DNA of 53,773 nt, from the IMG/VR virus record IMGVR_UViG_3300027985_000172, positions 1 to 53,773 of that record; one strand, written 5' to 3'. The DNA is from a virus. Lineage: Duplodnaviria; Caudoviricetes. The notes beneath the pieces were generated by a model. The model did no database searches. It had not been told where the DNA came from and was given only the letters and a program-made list of their open reading frames with translations. Made by a program: the position numbers and the translations under genes. Below are positions 45,340-53,773 of the stretch, piece after piece; position 1 is the stretch's first letter; each line of letters begins with the position of its first letter.

Positions 45340-45902
45340 GAGGGCCTGTGGTGGTTCTATAGCCCTCCCCATACACTCGGCTAGGATAATAGCCAAAGCA
45401 TGACAATGCGATCTAGAACCCCTCCTATAGGCTCTGTGCTATATGTTACATTATAACACTAGATCAACATGTTAGGGTAGTATTTAAGGGAGCATATTTG
45501 ACTCTTTGGTAAATGTTTTATCGTTTGGTAAAATACTGTGGTTGCTGCACCCTTCCCTCTCTATGTCAACAATTACTTTCACATCCTCTTGTAACTCATT
45601 GTCATTGTTACATTTATACAACACTCACCATTGCTTGCCCTATGTGTTACATTATAACATGACGTAACGTAAACTAGTATGTGCTACCTTCCCTGGTGCA
45701 GGTAGTTCAACCATTGAACCATCTATAAGATGCATTGTGCAGGAATGTTTAACCATTGAACTATTCTTTTGTTTCACCCATTGTAACAATTCGTGATGTC
45801 TCTTGTGTAACAATCTCTTGACGAATCATGTGAGGTATGCATGGGACCCTTGGAATTATTCCAAAGTGAAATGGGGGTGGGTGGTTTACCCTCCATAAGC
45901 CT

Positions 45903-46135
45903 AAAGAAAAATTTCAAAATGGCCTATTTACTTAGTAAATCCCCCGTAACTACAAAGAAAGATTTCAAAAGGGTCTTATCATTAGGTCTAACCAGACACA
46001 AATACAAAGAAAATTCCTAACCTGCTCCCATGGAAAATCATCTAACCAAAACCTGCCAAAATACAAAAAAGAAAATTTCTAAAGGGCTTTTGACCAGATT
46101 CTACCAGTTCAGACCAAAAAGACACAATTCAAAAG
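45903..46135 (+). repeat. Five imperfect AAAGAAAATTTCAAAA-like repeats spaced about 50-62 bp
   Basis: Copies start near 45903, 45954, 46006, 46068, 46118. Confidence 0.7.
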
Positions 46136-46260
46136 CTGTTTCTGAAAATATTCCACACAATCTGATCACTTTTTGTTACAATCTCTGTAACATTGTGATG
46201 TTTGTTGCAAACTTTCTTTCGTTCAGAATCAACCAGTTAGCAATTATCACGCTTTTGTGA

Positions 46261-46620
46261 TGTAATTTCCTGCACCCAGATGGAATAAAAACCCCAAAAT
46301 TTCCCATATATATTAGTAGGGGTAGGGGTTACTAAGGTATCCTACCAATGAAGGTGCTTAAGAGAGTATCTTAAGAAAGTAGTATATCTGTTAAGTAAAT
46401 ATTACATAAGGTTCTTAAGAAGTAACTAATGTGTAATCATTAGTATACACCTTATGAACTAGTTATTACTAACTAGTATATTATATATTAATAAGAATAT
46501 AACTAATGTATAATCATTAGTATAGTCTTAAGAAGGTTTCCAATACGAACTACCTTCTATAGTTGCGGCAGGTTTAAGAGGCTACGCCTCCCTGCATTAC
46601 GGACTACCATCCTTAAGATA
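46261..46620 (+). promoter_or_regulatory. AT-rich element with CTTAAG iterons (origin or phage promoter candidate), copy B
   Basis: CTTAAG at 46357, 46370, 46414, 46527, 46612; inverted homology to 34376-34600. Confidence 0.5.
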
Positions 46621-46708
46621 GTGTCCATTAAAGAATAGCTCTCCTATTCACCATACACATCAAGACATGATGGACTTTAGGTAGAGCTTCCTATTTAGGC
46701 AGGTTGAT

Positions 46709-47130
46709 ATGAGAACTACAGACCCAACTCCATACAGCAAAGATATTGAGAACTTTGTTAAGAAGTATGCTCTGTCAAGAATATTACCAACATCTTTGAA
46801 CTTGCTAAAGAGCAAGGCTTTCAGAATATGCCTTCCTCAAGAACTACCTTCTCTAAGCTTTACAAACATATTGTTGATAAGATTAAAGCTGACAAGATTG
46901 TGCAGGTAGCAGATAAAGTCTATGCTAACGCTGTTGGCAGGGATGAGAATGATCCGGGCTGCTTCAAGTCTCAAGAACTGATTCTAACAACCCAATCTGG
47001 GTGGGTGAAAACGAACGTCAATGTGGATGTTGTGGTTGATGAAGAAGATACATCAGCACGTATTGCTCTCCTAGAAGCCCTGGGAATTTCGCCTGACGAC
47101 ATTAGTAAAGAATCTGGACAGGAAGACTAA
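46709..47130 (+). CDS. Terminase small subunit, with an apparent -1 frameshift near 46770
   Basis: MRTTDPTPYSKDIENFVKKYA joins SVKNITNIFELAKEQGFQNMPSSRTTFSKLY...FKSQELIL...GW in the -1 frame; upstream of TerL. Confidence 0.6.
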
Positions 47131-47249
47131 GGTTTATTATTGTTGTGGAAAAGAGTTTATTACAGTCACCGGACACTATTGCAGCCAACGATGCGTTAAC
47201 CTAGCAACCAATGGCGGTAATGTAGTCACAAAGCACAGCAGACGTAAAA

Positions 47250-48623
47250 ATGAACAATAAATCGGTCGCCGAATACTTAAAAGGACTACCCAAAGAAAAA
47301 CTGATTGAAGCTGTAAAAAGTCTCTCTCCTACCCAAGCAGATGAAATCCTCCATGATTGGGATATTTGGGCTAGACCTAAGCAGCTTCCGCCAGAAGGAA
47401 AAGATTGGTTTATCTGGTGGGTTAACGCAGGTCGATTTTTTGGGAAAACCAGATGTGGTGCTGAGTGGGTTCGGTCAGAGGTAAAGAAGGGTGCTAAGGA
47501 CATTGCTATCGTAGGACGGACTGCTGCTGAAACTGCTGACGTTTGTCTTTATGGTAGATCAGGGCTTCTTAATGTTTGTTGGGATAAAGACAAAGACAAC
47601 AAAGGGAAGCACATGGGCCTCCCTGTATATAACAAGACCTCTAAGAAGCTCACTTGGGCTAATGGGGCTGTTGCTAAACTATTCTCATCAGAAGAACCAG
47701 AGGCCCCTCGTGGAAGTCAGTTTGAACTCCTTTGGGCAGACGAACTGGGTAGTTGGACCTATCAACAAGAGATGTGGGACCAACTTATGTTCTGTATGCG
47801 CCTTGGTAGACCTAGGGTGGCTATTACAACCACACCACAATCAACAGCCTTCCTACGCAAGCTTTCTAAACGTGAAGACGTTGTTGTAACAACAGGTTCC
47901 TCATATGAGAACACACAAGCTCCTGAGAAGTTCTTAAACGAACTTAAAGAACGCTATGAGGGAACGCGGCTTGGCAGACAAGAGATTTATGCTGAAATCC
48001 TAACAGAGAACGAGGGTGCTCTCTGGACAATGGATATGATTGACCAGTGTCAAATCGACCTTGATGAAGTTCCTGATCTAGTTCGCATTGTAGTTGCTGT
48101 AGACCCCGCCACTACGAACAACGTAGAAAGTGACTCTACTGGTATCATTGTTGCAGGTGTTGATATTAACGGGGTTGGTTATGTTCTTGGTGACTACACC
48201 ATGAAAGACCTTCCTGAGAAATGGGCAACTAAAGCTGTAGACCTCTACCACGAATTTGAAGCCTCCCGTTTGGTCTATGAGAAGAACCAAGGGGGCGACA
48301 TGATTCCCACCCTGTTTAGGCAGGTAGACGAGAATGTTCCGCTAAGGGGGGTTCATGCGTCTGTAGCCAAGATTGCTCGTGCTGAGCCTGTTTCGGCCCT
48401 CTATGAGCGTGGTAAAGTGAAGCATGTGCGTAACCCCAAGAATGGTGCCTCCCTCACTGAGCTAGAGACTCAGATGACCACATACGAGCCTATGGGGAAG
48501 CATAAATCTCCAGATAGATATGATGCTCTTGTGTGGGCTTTAACTGACTTGATGCTTAAAGGTCGTGCAAGACCTGAACTTTCTTTCTCTTATGCCTCTG
48601 CGGCAGAACTACAACGTAATTAG
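47250..48623 (+). CDS. terL: Terminase large subunit
   Basis: AGRFFGKTRCGAEW, WADELG, ITTTP, VAVDPA and SPDRYDALVWA motifs. Confidence 0.95.
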   Translation: MNNKSVAEYLKGLPKEKLIEAVKSLSPTQADEILHDWDIWARPKQLPPEGKDWFIWWVNAGRFFGKTRCGAEWVRSEVKKGAKDIAIVGRTAAETADVCLYGRSGLLNVCWDKDKDNKGKHMGLPVYNKTSKKLTWANGAVAKLFSSEEPEAPRGSQFELLWADELGSWTYQQEMWDQLMFCMRLGRPRVAITTTPQSTAFLRKLSKREDVVVTTGSSYENTQAPEKFLNELKERYEGTRLGRQEIYAEILTENEGALWTMDMIDQCQIDLDEVPDLVRIVVAVDPATTNNVESDSTGIIVAGVDINGVGYVLGDYTMKDLPEKWATKAVDLYHEFEASRLVYEKNQGGDMIPTLFRQVDENVPLRGVHASVAKIARAEPVSALYERGKVKHVRNPKNGASLTELETQMTTYEPMGKHKSPDRYDALVWALTDLMLKGRARPELSFSYASAAELQRN

Positions 48624-48689
48624 AGGTGAATCGGGGGATAAAATGGCTGCCGTAGGAACAATAAAACTTAAAATTACTTTAGAGGATCA

Positions 48690-49019
48690 GTGAAAGTGCC
48701 ACAGATTTACCATAAGAGAGGGGACACACTCTCACTAACTTGCACTTGGGCAGATTCTACAGGCACCCCAATTGATATTACTAGTTACACTGTAGAGAGC
48801 AAAGTAAAGGCCACCAATTTCACTGATACACTTACCGTAACTAAGACGGACCCAACTAACGGTGAGTTTGTGTTGTCAGCTACAGCAACAGCTACAGAAA
48901 GTTGGCCTATATCAGAAGGTAAAGCATCTTACCTTTTCTGTGATGTTCAGTTTACCCTCTCTGGTGTAGTTACATCTACAGAGACCTTCCAGATTGTTGT
49001 GCTAGAGGATATTACCTAA
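48690..49019 (+). CDS. Small beta-sandwich adaptor (BppU / fibre-anchor-like)
   Basis: KRGDT..L......GTPIDIT.Y......D..NG...L...AT.T..W....DVQ...STETF.I.V..DIT. Confidence 0.6.
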   Translation: MKVPQIYHKRGDTLSLTCTWADSTGTPIDITSYTVESKVKATNFTDTLTVTKTDPTNGEFVLSATATATESWPISEGKASYLFCDVQFTLSGVVTSTETFQIVVLEDIT

Positions 49020-50977
49020 TGCCTATTACAGTGGTAAACAACAACTCTCTAGTTTCTACACTTCAGCAAACCAATCCGATCACCATCAATCTACCCTCTG
49101 CTGTAGATATGTCTTCCGTGGCTCTACAAGCAGTAGAGGCCGCAGAAGCCGCGCAGGCTGGTGCTGAGGCTGCTGTTGCGGAACTTCCTAGCGTGCCAAG
49201 CGTCACATCGCTAGGAGCGACTGATTCTGCTGACCCGTCTGGTCGGGAGGTCTACGCGGCGGCGCTGGTGACCTCCATGCAGTCGTATAAGCGCTATGGC
49301 GTCACCTTGAGAGCGCTTCTCGGCGGTCTTTATGACCCAGCAAATGATGCGGCTGCTACACTGAGTGGCTTTATCGCAGAGCTTGCGCCAGCAGGAATTA
49401 CGATCACCGATCCTGACCGGCTGACTGTTCTGTGCGAAGAACCTGTCCGGCTTGTCGATGGCCTCAAGATGCATCTTGGCGGGACGTATTTCAGGAAGGG
49501 GTATTCCGCGACAAGTGCGGCTGGTGATGCCCTTTTCGGGCGCGCGACATGGGGCACCATGACTAACGATTTCGACCTGCGAGGGTTCTCCGTCGGCGCG
49601 GCATCCGCGACGCAGACTGGGAAACTGTTTGCGCTGCTGGGTGACCGATGGAACGTCTCTGACATCCACATTGACGGATATTGGGGCGGACAGGCGTTTG
49701 TCTTTGGCGGGAACGACTTCTCGATCCGCGATGTTTCCGGCGGCACGGAAAGCACAACGTTCGGGACTGGTTTCATGCGCTGCCTGGGTGGTAGCAACGG
49801 CCTGATCCAGAACGTCAAGGACGCAAAATCTGGAGATGACCTGTTCCAATTCGTTCCGATTGGCGCAGCCGCAGATCCATATTACGGGGCCGACATCGAC
49901 AATATCTGGTATATCGGATGCACCGGCCAGTCGCACTCCGGGCGGGTCATGATCGCCGCACTGGAAAGCGACGAAGCCGGGGTAATCACCAGCAAGATTC
50001 GAAACAGCGGATGGATCGCATGCGGCGGGAAGAGTGGAAACCGTGCGCTGTGCATTCTGAATACGGATGGCAACCAAGGCGCGCGCCAGATCGACAATAT
50101 TTCCGCAATTGGGTGTCGTGTGGATGGGTCGGAGGACGCTGGCGCCGCAACTTACCTGGCAGAGATTTCGACAAACGTATCTGGCGGTGTTGGTCGTGTG
50201 AATATTGACAAGTGTGTCATCGAGAAAAACCCGAAGGCCACAGGGTTCTATGTCGGATTCTCGGCGCACGAGGGCGGGATGCTGTCGCTGCGCGATAGCG
50301 TCGTTGAGGGAGAAGTTTCCGCGATCGCTACCGGAACGTCAGGATATGGCGAAATTGTCATCGACGGAGGGCGCCTTTCGGTTATCAACCAGGGCGGCGG
50401 TCATGGAGCGGGCATGGTTGTTGCCGACAACGGAGCTGCGCGTATCACGGCCAGAAATGTCGAGGCGACAGGGGTTGCCAGCACGAAATCTGCATTCCGC
50501 ACCAATCATGCTGCGGCGCGACATGACCTGCGCGGCGTCACTGTGCGCAAAGCGGCTGGCGCGACAAGCACTCGCGTTTCGTCCAACATCGCTGGCGCGA
50601 CGGTCTACATCGAAGACCCGCGAGGGGACTATGACGAGCTGGAAAACGGCGGATATGCGCGCCTGAATCCGATGCCTGGGAAAATCAGCTATAACGTCCT
50701 GCGCGCCGGAACTGCACAGACTCTCAGCGCGGCATACATCGGAAAGCTGAACAAATTGCAGTCGGCATCACCGATCACACTGACAATCCCTGCGAACGCA
50801 ACAGATCCGATTCAGGCCGGGGTTTGGATTGATTTTGTTGTTCCTGGCGCCGGTGCAGTCACCATCAGCCCAGCGGGTGGCGTCACCATTCAGGGGGCAA
50901 CGTCAATCGCATCTGGCGGTTGGTTTAGCATGATGAAACTCGGCGACGGCGGGGATGCGTGGACGGTGCGGTCGTGA
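49019..50977 (+). CDS. Tailspike / fibre protein with beta-helix (pectate lyase-like) domain
   Basis: Gly/Asn/Ile-rich beta-helix repeats (SGDDLFQF, DIDNI..IGC) and C-terminal ITLTIP...G.V.I...GGVTI domain; GC-rich after about 49130. Confidence 0.7.
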   Translation: MPITVVNNNSLVSTLQQTNPITINLPSAVDMSSVALQAVEAAEAAQAGAEAAVAELPSVPSVTSLGATDSADPSGREVYAAALVTSMQSYKRYGVTLRALLGGLYDPANDAAATLSGFIAELAPAGITITDPDRLTVLCEEPVRLVDGLKMHLGGTYFRKGYSATSAAGDALFGRATWGTMTNDFDLRGFSVGAASATQTGKLFALLGDRWNVSDIHIDGYWGGQAFVFGGNDFSIRDVSGGTESTTFGTGFMRCLGGSNGLIQNVKDAKSGDDLFQFVPIGAAADPYYGADIDNIWYIGCTGQSHSGRVMIAALESDEAGVITSKIRNSGWIACGGKSGNRALCILNTDGNQGARQIDNISAIGCRVDGSEDAGAATYLAEISTNVSGGVGRVNIDKCVIEKNPKATGFYVGFSAHEGGMLSLRDSVVEGEVSAIATGTSGYGEIVIDGGRLSVINQGGGHGAGMVVADNGAARITARNVEATGVASTKSAFRTNHAAARHDLRGVTVRKAAGATSTRVSSNIAGATVYIEDPRGDYDELENGGYARLNPMPGKISYNVLRAGTAQTLSAAYIGKLNKLQSASPITLTIPANATDPIQAGVWIDFVVPGAGAVTISPAGGVTIQGATSIASGGWFSMMKLGDGGDAWTVRS

Positions 50978-51048
50978 CCCACCTCTGGCCCATCTAACTG
51001 ACGTGCTTCTCACCAGATATTCAAACAATAGACTAAAGGGTGTTCTTA

Positions 51049-52470
51049 ATGAAAGAACTTCAAGACAGACTCTCACGAGTAGAGCTAGGGGTTTACGGTA
51101 AGAACACCCTTACTGGCAATATCCGTGCGGATGAATACCTACCAGATTTACGTGGTAGGAAGGCTGTTCAAAAGTATCGTGAAATGCGGGACGGAGATGC
51201 TACCATTGGTGCGGTTTGTTATGCAACTGAACAAATCCTTCGTGACGTTCCAATCAAAGTTGTTCCTTCTGATAAGGTAGATGAAGCAACAGCTAAAAAA
51301 GAAGCAGACTTCTTGCAAGAAGTGCTTGATGATATGGAGCACAGCCTAGATGACCACATTTCAGAGGCCCTAAGTTTCCTTCCTTATGGTTTCTCTGCTT
51401 TTGAGGTTGTCTATAAAGTAAGGTCAGGCCGTAAGAGCAAATATTCAGATGGTCAGGTTGGTGTAAAGAAACTAGCTTCCCGTGCTCAATGGACTATCAA
51501 CAAGTTTGACGTAGACCAACAGACAGGTGCCATTCTAGGTTTCTGGCAAGACGGTGGCGGGGTTAAGTGGAATCCTTACATCCCGATTAATAAAGCCCTA
51601 TTCTACCGGACTACCACCCTAAACAATGATCCGTCAGGTCGCTCTATTCTTCGTAATGCTTATAAAGCCTACACCTACCTAAATCGTTTGCAGGACTACG
51701 AGGCCATTGCTATTGAGCGTGAACTTCATGGTATTCCTGTAGGGCGTATGCCTGCTGATTGGCTTGCAGCAGATGCTTCTGATTCGCATAAATCTATGCG
51801 GGCAACATTTGAAAACGTCCTTCGTGATGTAAAATTCAATGAGCAAGGTTTCATCCTTCTACCTTCAGATGTTTATGAAGATAGTGATGGTAAACCAACA
51901 AATCTACGCCTAATGGATGTAGAACTAATGTCTTCTTCAGGGACACGTTCTATTGACATTAGTGCAGTAATTAACCGCTACCAACATGAGATTGCCCGCT
52001 CTGTTATGTCAGAGTTTATGATGTTGGGTAGTTCTTCATCAGGTAGCTATGCCCTCTCCAAGAGCAAGACAGACATTTTCCTTCGTAGTATGGAAAGTTA
52101 TATCAACACTATCGTTGATTGCCTAAATCGTCAACTTGTAGAACCTCTCTGGAAACTAAACGGCAAGCCTTTTGAGACTATGCCTAAACTAGTTGCAGGA
52201 GATGTTGCCCCACATGATCTGCGCGAGATGGCTGCTTACCTACGTAACTTGAACGGTGCTTCCATTGACGTTGCAGATCAACCTGATCTTGTTGAAGCCC
52301 TCTTGAGAGATATTGCAGAACTTCCTTTCGATAAGGAAAAATATGCAAGTGATCTACAGGAAAAGAAAGTCCAAGAGGAACAAACTCGCCAAGCAGAGAT
52401 AGTTGCTTCGCAACAAGCAGCACAACAACCAACAGAACAGCCTGTAGTTAAACCTGACGGAGGGGTTTAA
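51049..52470 (+). CDS. Portal protein
   Basis: ELGVYG, LRGRKAVQKYREMRDGDATIGA, YGFSAFEVVYK, PSGRSILRNAY and GSYALSKSK motifs. Confidence 0.9.
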   Translation: MKELQDRLSRVELGVYGKNTLTGNIRADEYLPDLRGRKAVQKYREMRDGDATIGAVCYATEQILRDVPIKVVPSDKVDEATAKKEADFLQEVLDDMEHSLDDHISEALSFLPYGFSAFEVVYKVRSGRKSKYSDGQVGVKKLASRAQWTINKFDVDQQTGAILGFWQDGGGVKWNPYIPINKALFYRTTTLNNDPSGRSILRNAYKAYTYLNRLQDYEAIAIERELHGIPVGRMPADWLAADASDSHKSMRATFENVLRDVKFNEQGFILLPSDVYEDSDGKPTNLRLMDVELMSSSGTRSIDISAVINRYQHEIARSVMSEFMMLGSSSSGSYALSKSKTDIFLRSMESYINTIVDCLNRQLVEPLWKLNGKPFETMPKLVAGDVAPHDLREMAAYLRNLNGASIDVADQPDLVEALLRDIAELPFDKEKYASDLQEKKVQEEQTRQAEIVASQQAAQQPTEQPVVKPDGGV

Positions 52471-53276
52471 TGTCTACCAATGAGAGATACCTGGGCTCCC
52501 CTAGGATTACACAAGCAATCAGAGAAATTAAGTCAACCTATGGTGATGACGTAAGTGTTGCTGCAAAAGGGAAAAGTCTCCTTAAGTTTGGTAAATCTGC
52601 CTCCCTTGTAGCAGATACTAAAGAGACGGTTTGGACAGTTGGTGGGGATGAAACCTACCTTGATGATAACCTAATCACCCATGTAGTGTCTTCTAGTGTT
52701 TCTGACACACAAAGTGTTATTTTAGAGGGGCACACAGTATCAGGAACAGGGACTGACCAAAAGTTTACCTTCGTTGTTCAGGAGGTAACACTAAATGGGC
52801 AGACGCCAGTTGCTCTAGCTACACCACTAGCAAGAAACTCTAGGGCCTATAATCAAAGCTCAACAAACCTTCTTGGTAGGGTGTCTTTCTACGAGGGAAC
52901 CTCTGCGGTATCTGGTGGTGTTCCTTCTAGCGCAGAGAAGATTCATTTAGACATTGTTGCAGGTGACCAAGGGACGCACAAGGCAGCTACAACCTTTAGT
53001 GACTCTGACTATGGTATACTATCTCTAGCTTTTGGTTCTCTTTCTAAGAAACAGATTACAACAGCGGACTTCTTCTTTGAGGTGAAAAGGCCGGGCGGTG
53101 TCTTTAGGGAATTGTATTCTGTTGGTTGTTCTAATGGCTTCTGGTCCACAGAGTTTGATCCATATGCCATTATACCCAGAAATTGTGATGTTAGAATTAG
53201 GGTTGAAGCCGCTGACACTGGCTCTGTAGTTTTTGCTAACATGGGGTTTTATCTAGCAAAGGTAGTTAGCACATAA
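52470..53276 (+). CDS. Probable virion structural protein (head module)
   Basis: Beta-rich, KFG......ETVW.VGG; between portal and protease. Confidence 0.5.
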   Translation: MSTNERYLGSPRITQAIREIKSTYGDDVSVAAKGKSLLKFGKSASLVADTKETVWTVGGDETYLDDNLITHVVSSSVSDTQSVILEGHTVSGTGTDQKFTFVVQEVTLNGQTPVALATPLARNSRAYNQSSTNLLGRVSFYEGTSAVSGGVPSSAEKIHLDIVAGDQGTHKAATTFSDSDYGILSLAFGSLSKKQITTADFFFEVKRPGGVFRELYSVGCSNGFWSTEFDPYAIIPRNCDVRIRVEAADTGSVVFANMGFYLAKVVST

Positions 53277-53375
53277 TGCTAACATTTGGGGTTGGCCTAC
53301 ATGAACAGGAGTTTAAGTAAGTGGCAGAAAATGACTTAGATTTAGCCCTTAGTGGCCTACTTTAGGAATTAAAAT

Positions 53376-53773
53376 ATGCCATATGCAACAAATGATTCTT
53401 TACCAAAGGCTGTAAGGGATAAACTTTCTGCACACCAACAAGATGTATTTCGTAATGTGTTCAACTCAATGATGAACCAAGACGGAATAGACGAGAGCAG
53501 GGCTTTTGCAGGGGCATGGGCACAAGCTAAGAAAGCCCCTAAAGTTAAGAAAAACCTTAGGGTAGATATTCTTAAGATCAATGAAGAACAAAGAATTATC
53601 TACGGATGGGCCTATGTTTGCACAGAAGATGGTGAAATTTCTTATGACCATTCTGGCGAGTGGATGAAACCACAGACATTAGAAAAAGCCCTTGCAGAAT
53701 ACATGAAGAAATACCGTGTAGGTAAGACAAATCACGCGGGCGATAAATCTGCTGAGACAGTGTTTGCTTTCCC
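53376..53773 (+). CDS. ChaB-domain / XkdF-like prohead serine protease, 5' part (continues across the junction to 316)
   Basis: ATG at 53376 after TAGGA. MPYATNDSLPKAVRDKLSAHQQDVFRNVFNS is ChaB-like, followed by EEQRIIYGWAYV..DGE...DHSGE (XkdF-like). In frame with ORF 35..316. Confidence 0.8.
   Translation, partial: MPYATNDSLPKAVRDKLSAHQQDVFRNVFNSMMNQDGIDESRAFAGAWAQAKKAPKVKKNLRVDILKINEEQRIIYGWAYVCTEDGEISYDHSGEWMKPQTLEKALAEYMKKYRVGKTNHAGDKSAETVFAF
53630..53773. repeat. Terminal direct repeat, right copy (assembly circular overlap)
   Basis: Identical to 1-144. Confidence 0.95.

Noticed and set aside
45700-45765. Alphaproteobacterial LexA box or CtrA box
   Set aside because: The motif is inverted GTTC-N7-GAAC, not the direct GTTC-N7-GTTC. 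Only one TTAACCAT half-site is present, and the TTAA pairs in the AT-rich elements are spaced N9, not N7
45903-46135. CRISPR-like array
   Set aside because: Repeats are short, degenerate, A-rich and non-palindromic with uneven spacing; no cas genes
42730-47250. tRNA genes in the non-coding regions
   Set aside because: No cloverleaf with a correctly placed GTTCRA T-loop found by eye; tRNAscan-SE would be decisive
49211-50666. Long antisense and alternative-frame ORFs (e.g. 49211..50269 -, 50205..50666 +)
   Set aside because: Shadow ORFs expected in stop-poor GC-rich DNA; no RBS or recognisable motifs
1-53773. Alternative genetic code or modified-base pathway
   Set aside because: TAA, TGA and TAG all terminate well-formed genes, and I recognised no purZ, queuosine-pathway or hydroxymethylase genes

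Overview
This window is a complete, circularly permuted genome (about 53.6 kb) of a tailed dsDNA phage. Bases 1-144 repeat 53630-53773 in the middle of a gene, so the repeat is an assembly overlap. The phage is a siphovirus and apparently lytic, since I see no integrase or repressor. The + strand arm (46.7 kb across the junction to 14.0 kb) holds terminase, a tailspike-like gene, portal, ChaB/XkdF protease, capsid, tail and lysis genes. The - strand arm (42.7 kb down to 14.0 kb) holds early genes, a sigma-like factor, an intein-containing T7-like primase-helicase and a family A DNA polymerase broken into three ORFs around a free-standing HNH-AP2 gene. It also holds SSB, ThyX, exonucleases, a DNA methyltransferase, class II RNR, glutaredoxin and PhoH. 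The arms meet at a bidirectional terminator near 14.0 kb. A short + strand cluster of small genes (43.5-45.3 kb), flanked by repeat-rich non-coding DNA, probably marks the real genome ends and the first-injected DNA. An alphaproteobacterial (Rhodobacteraceae-like) host is inferred, not shown. The most unusual signals are: (1) the intron-less split PolA; (2) a GANTC-dense early region whose sigma70 promoters carry GAATC at a fixed spacer position, suggesting CcrM/GcrA hijacking; (3) two inverted, homologous AT-rich CTTAAG elements that head the replication and late arms; (4) a hairpin-loop/start-codon pseudoknot in front of the tail chaperone. Three apparent one-base deletions suggest some sequencing error. 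All product calls come from motif recognition by eye, with no database searches.
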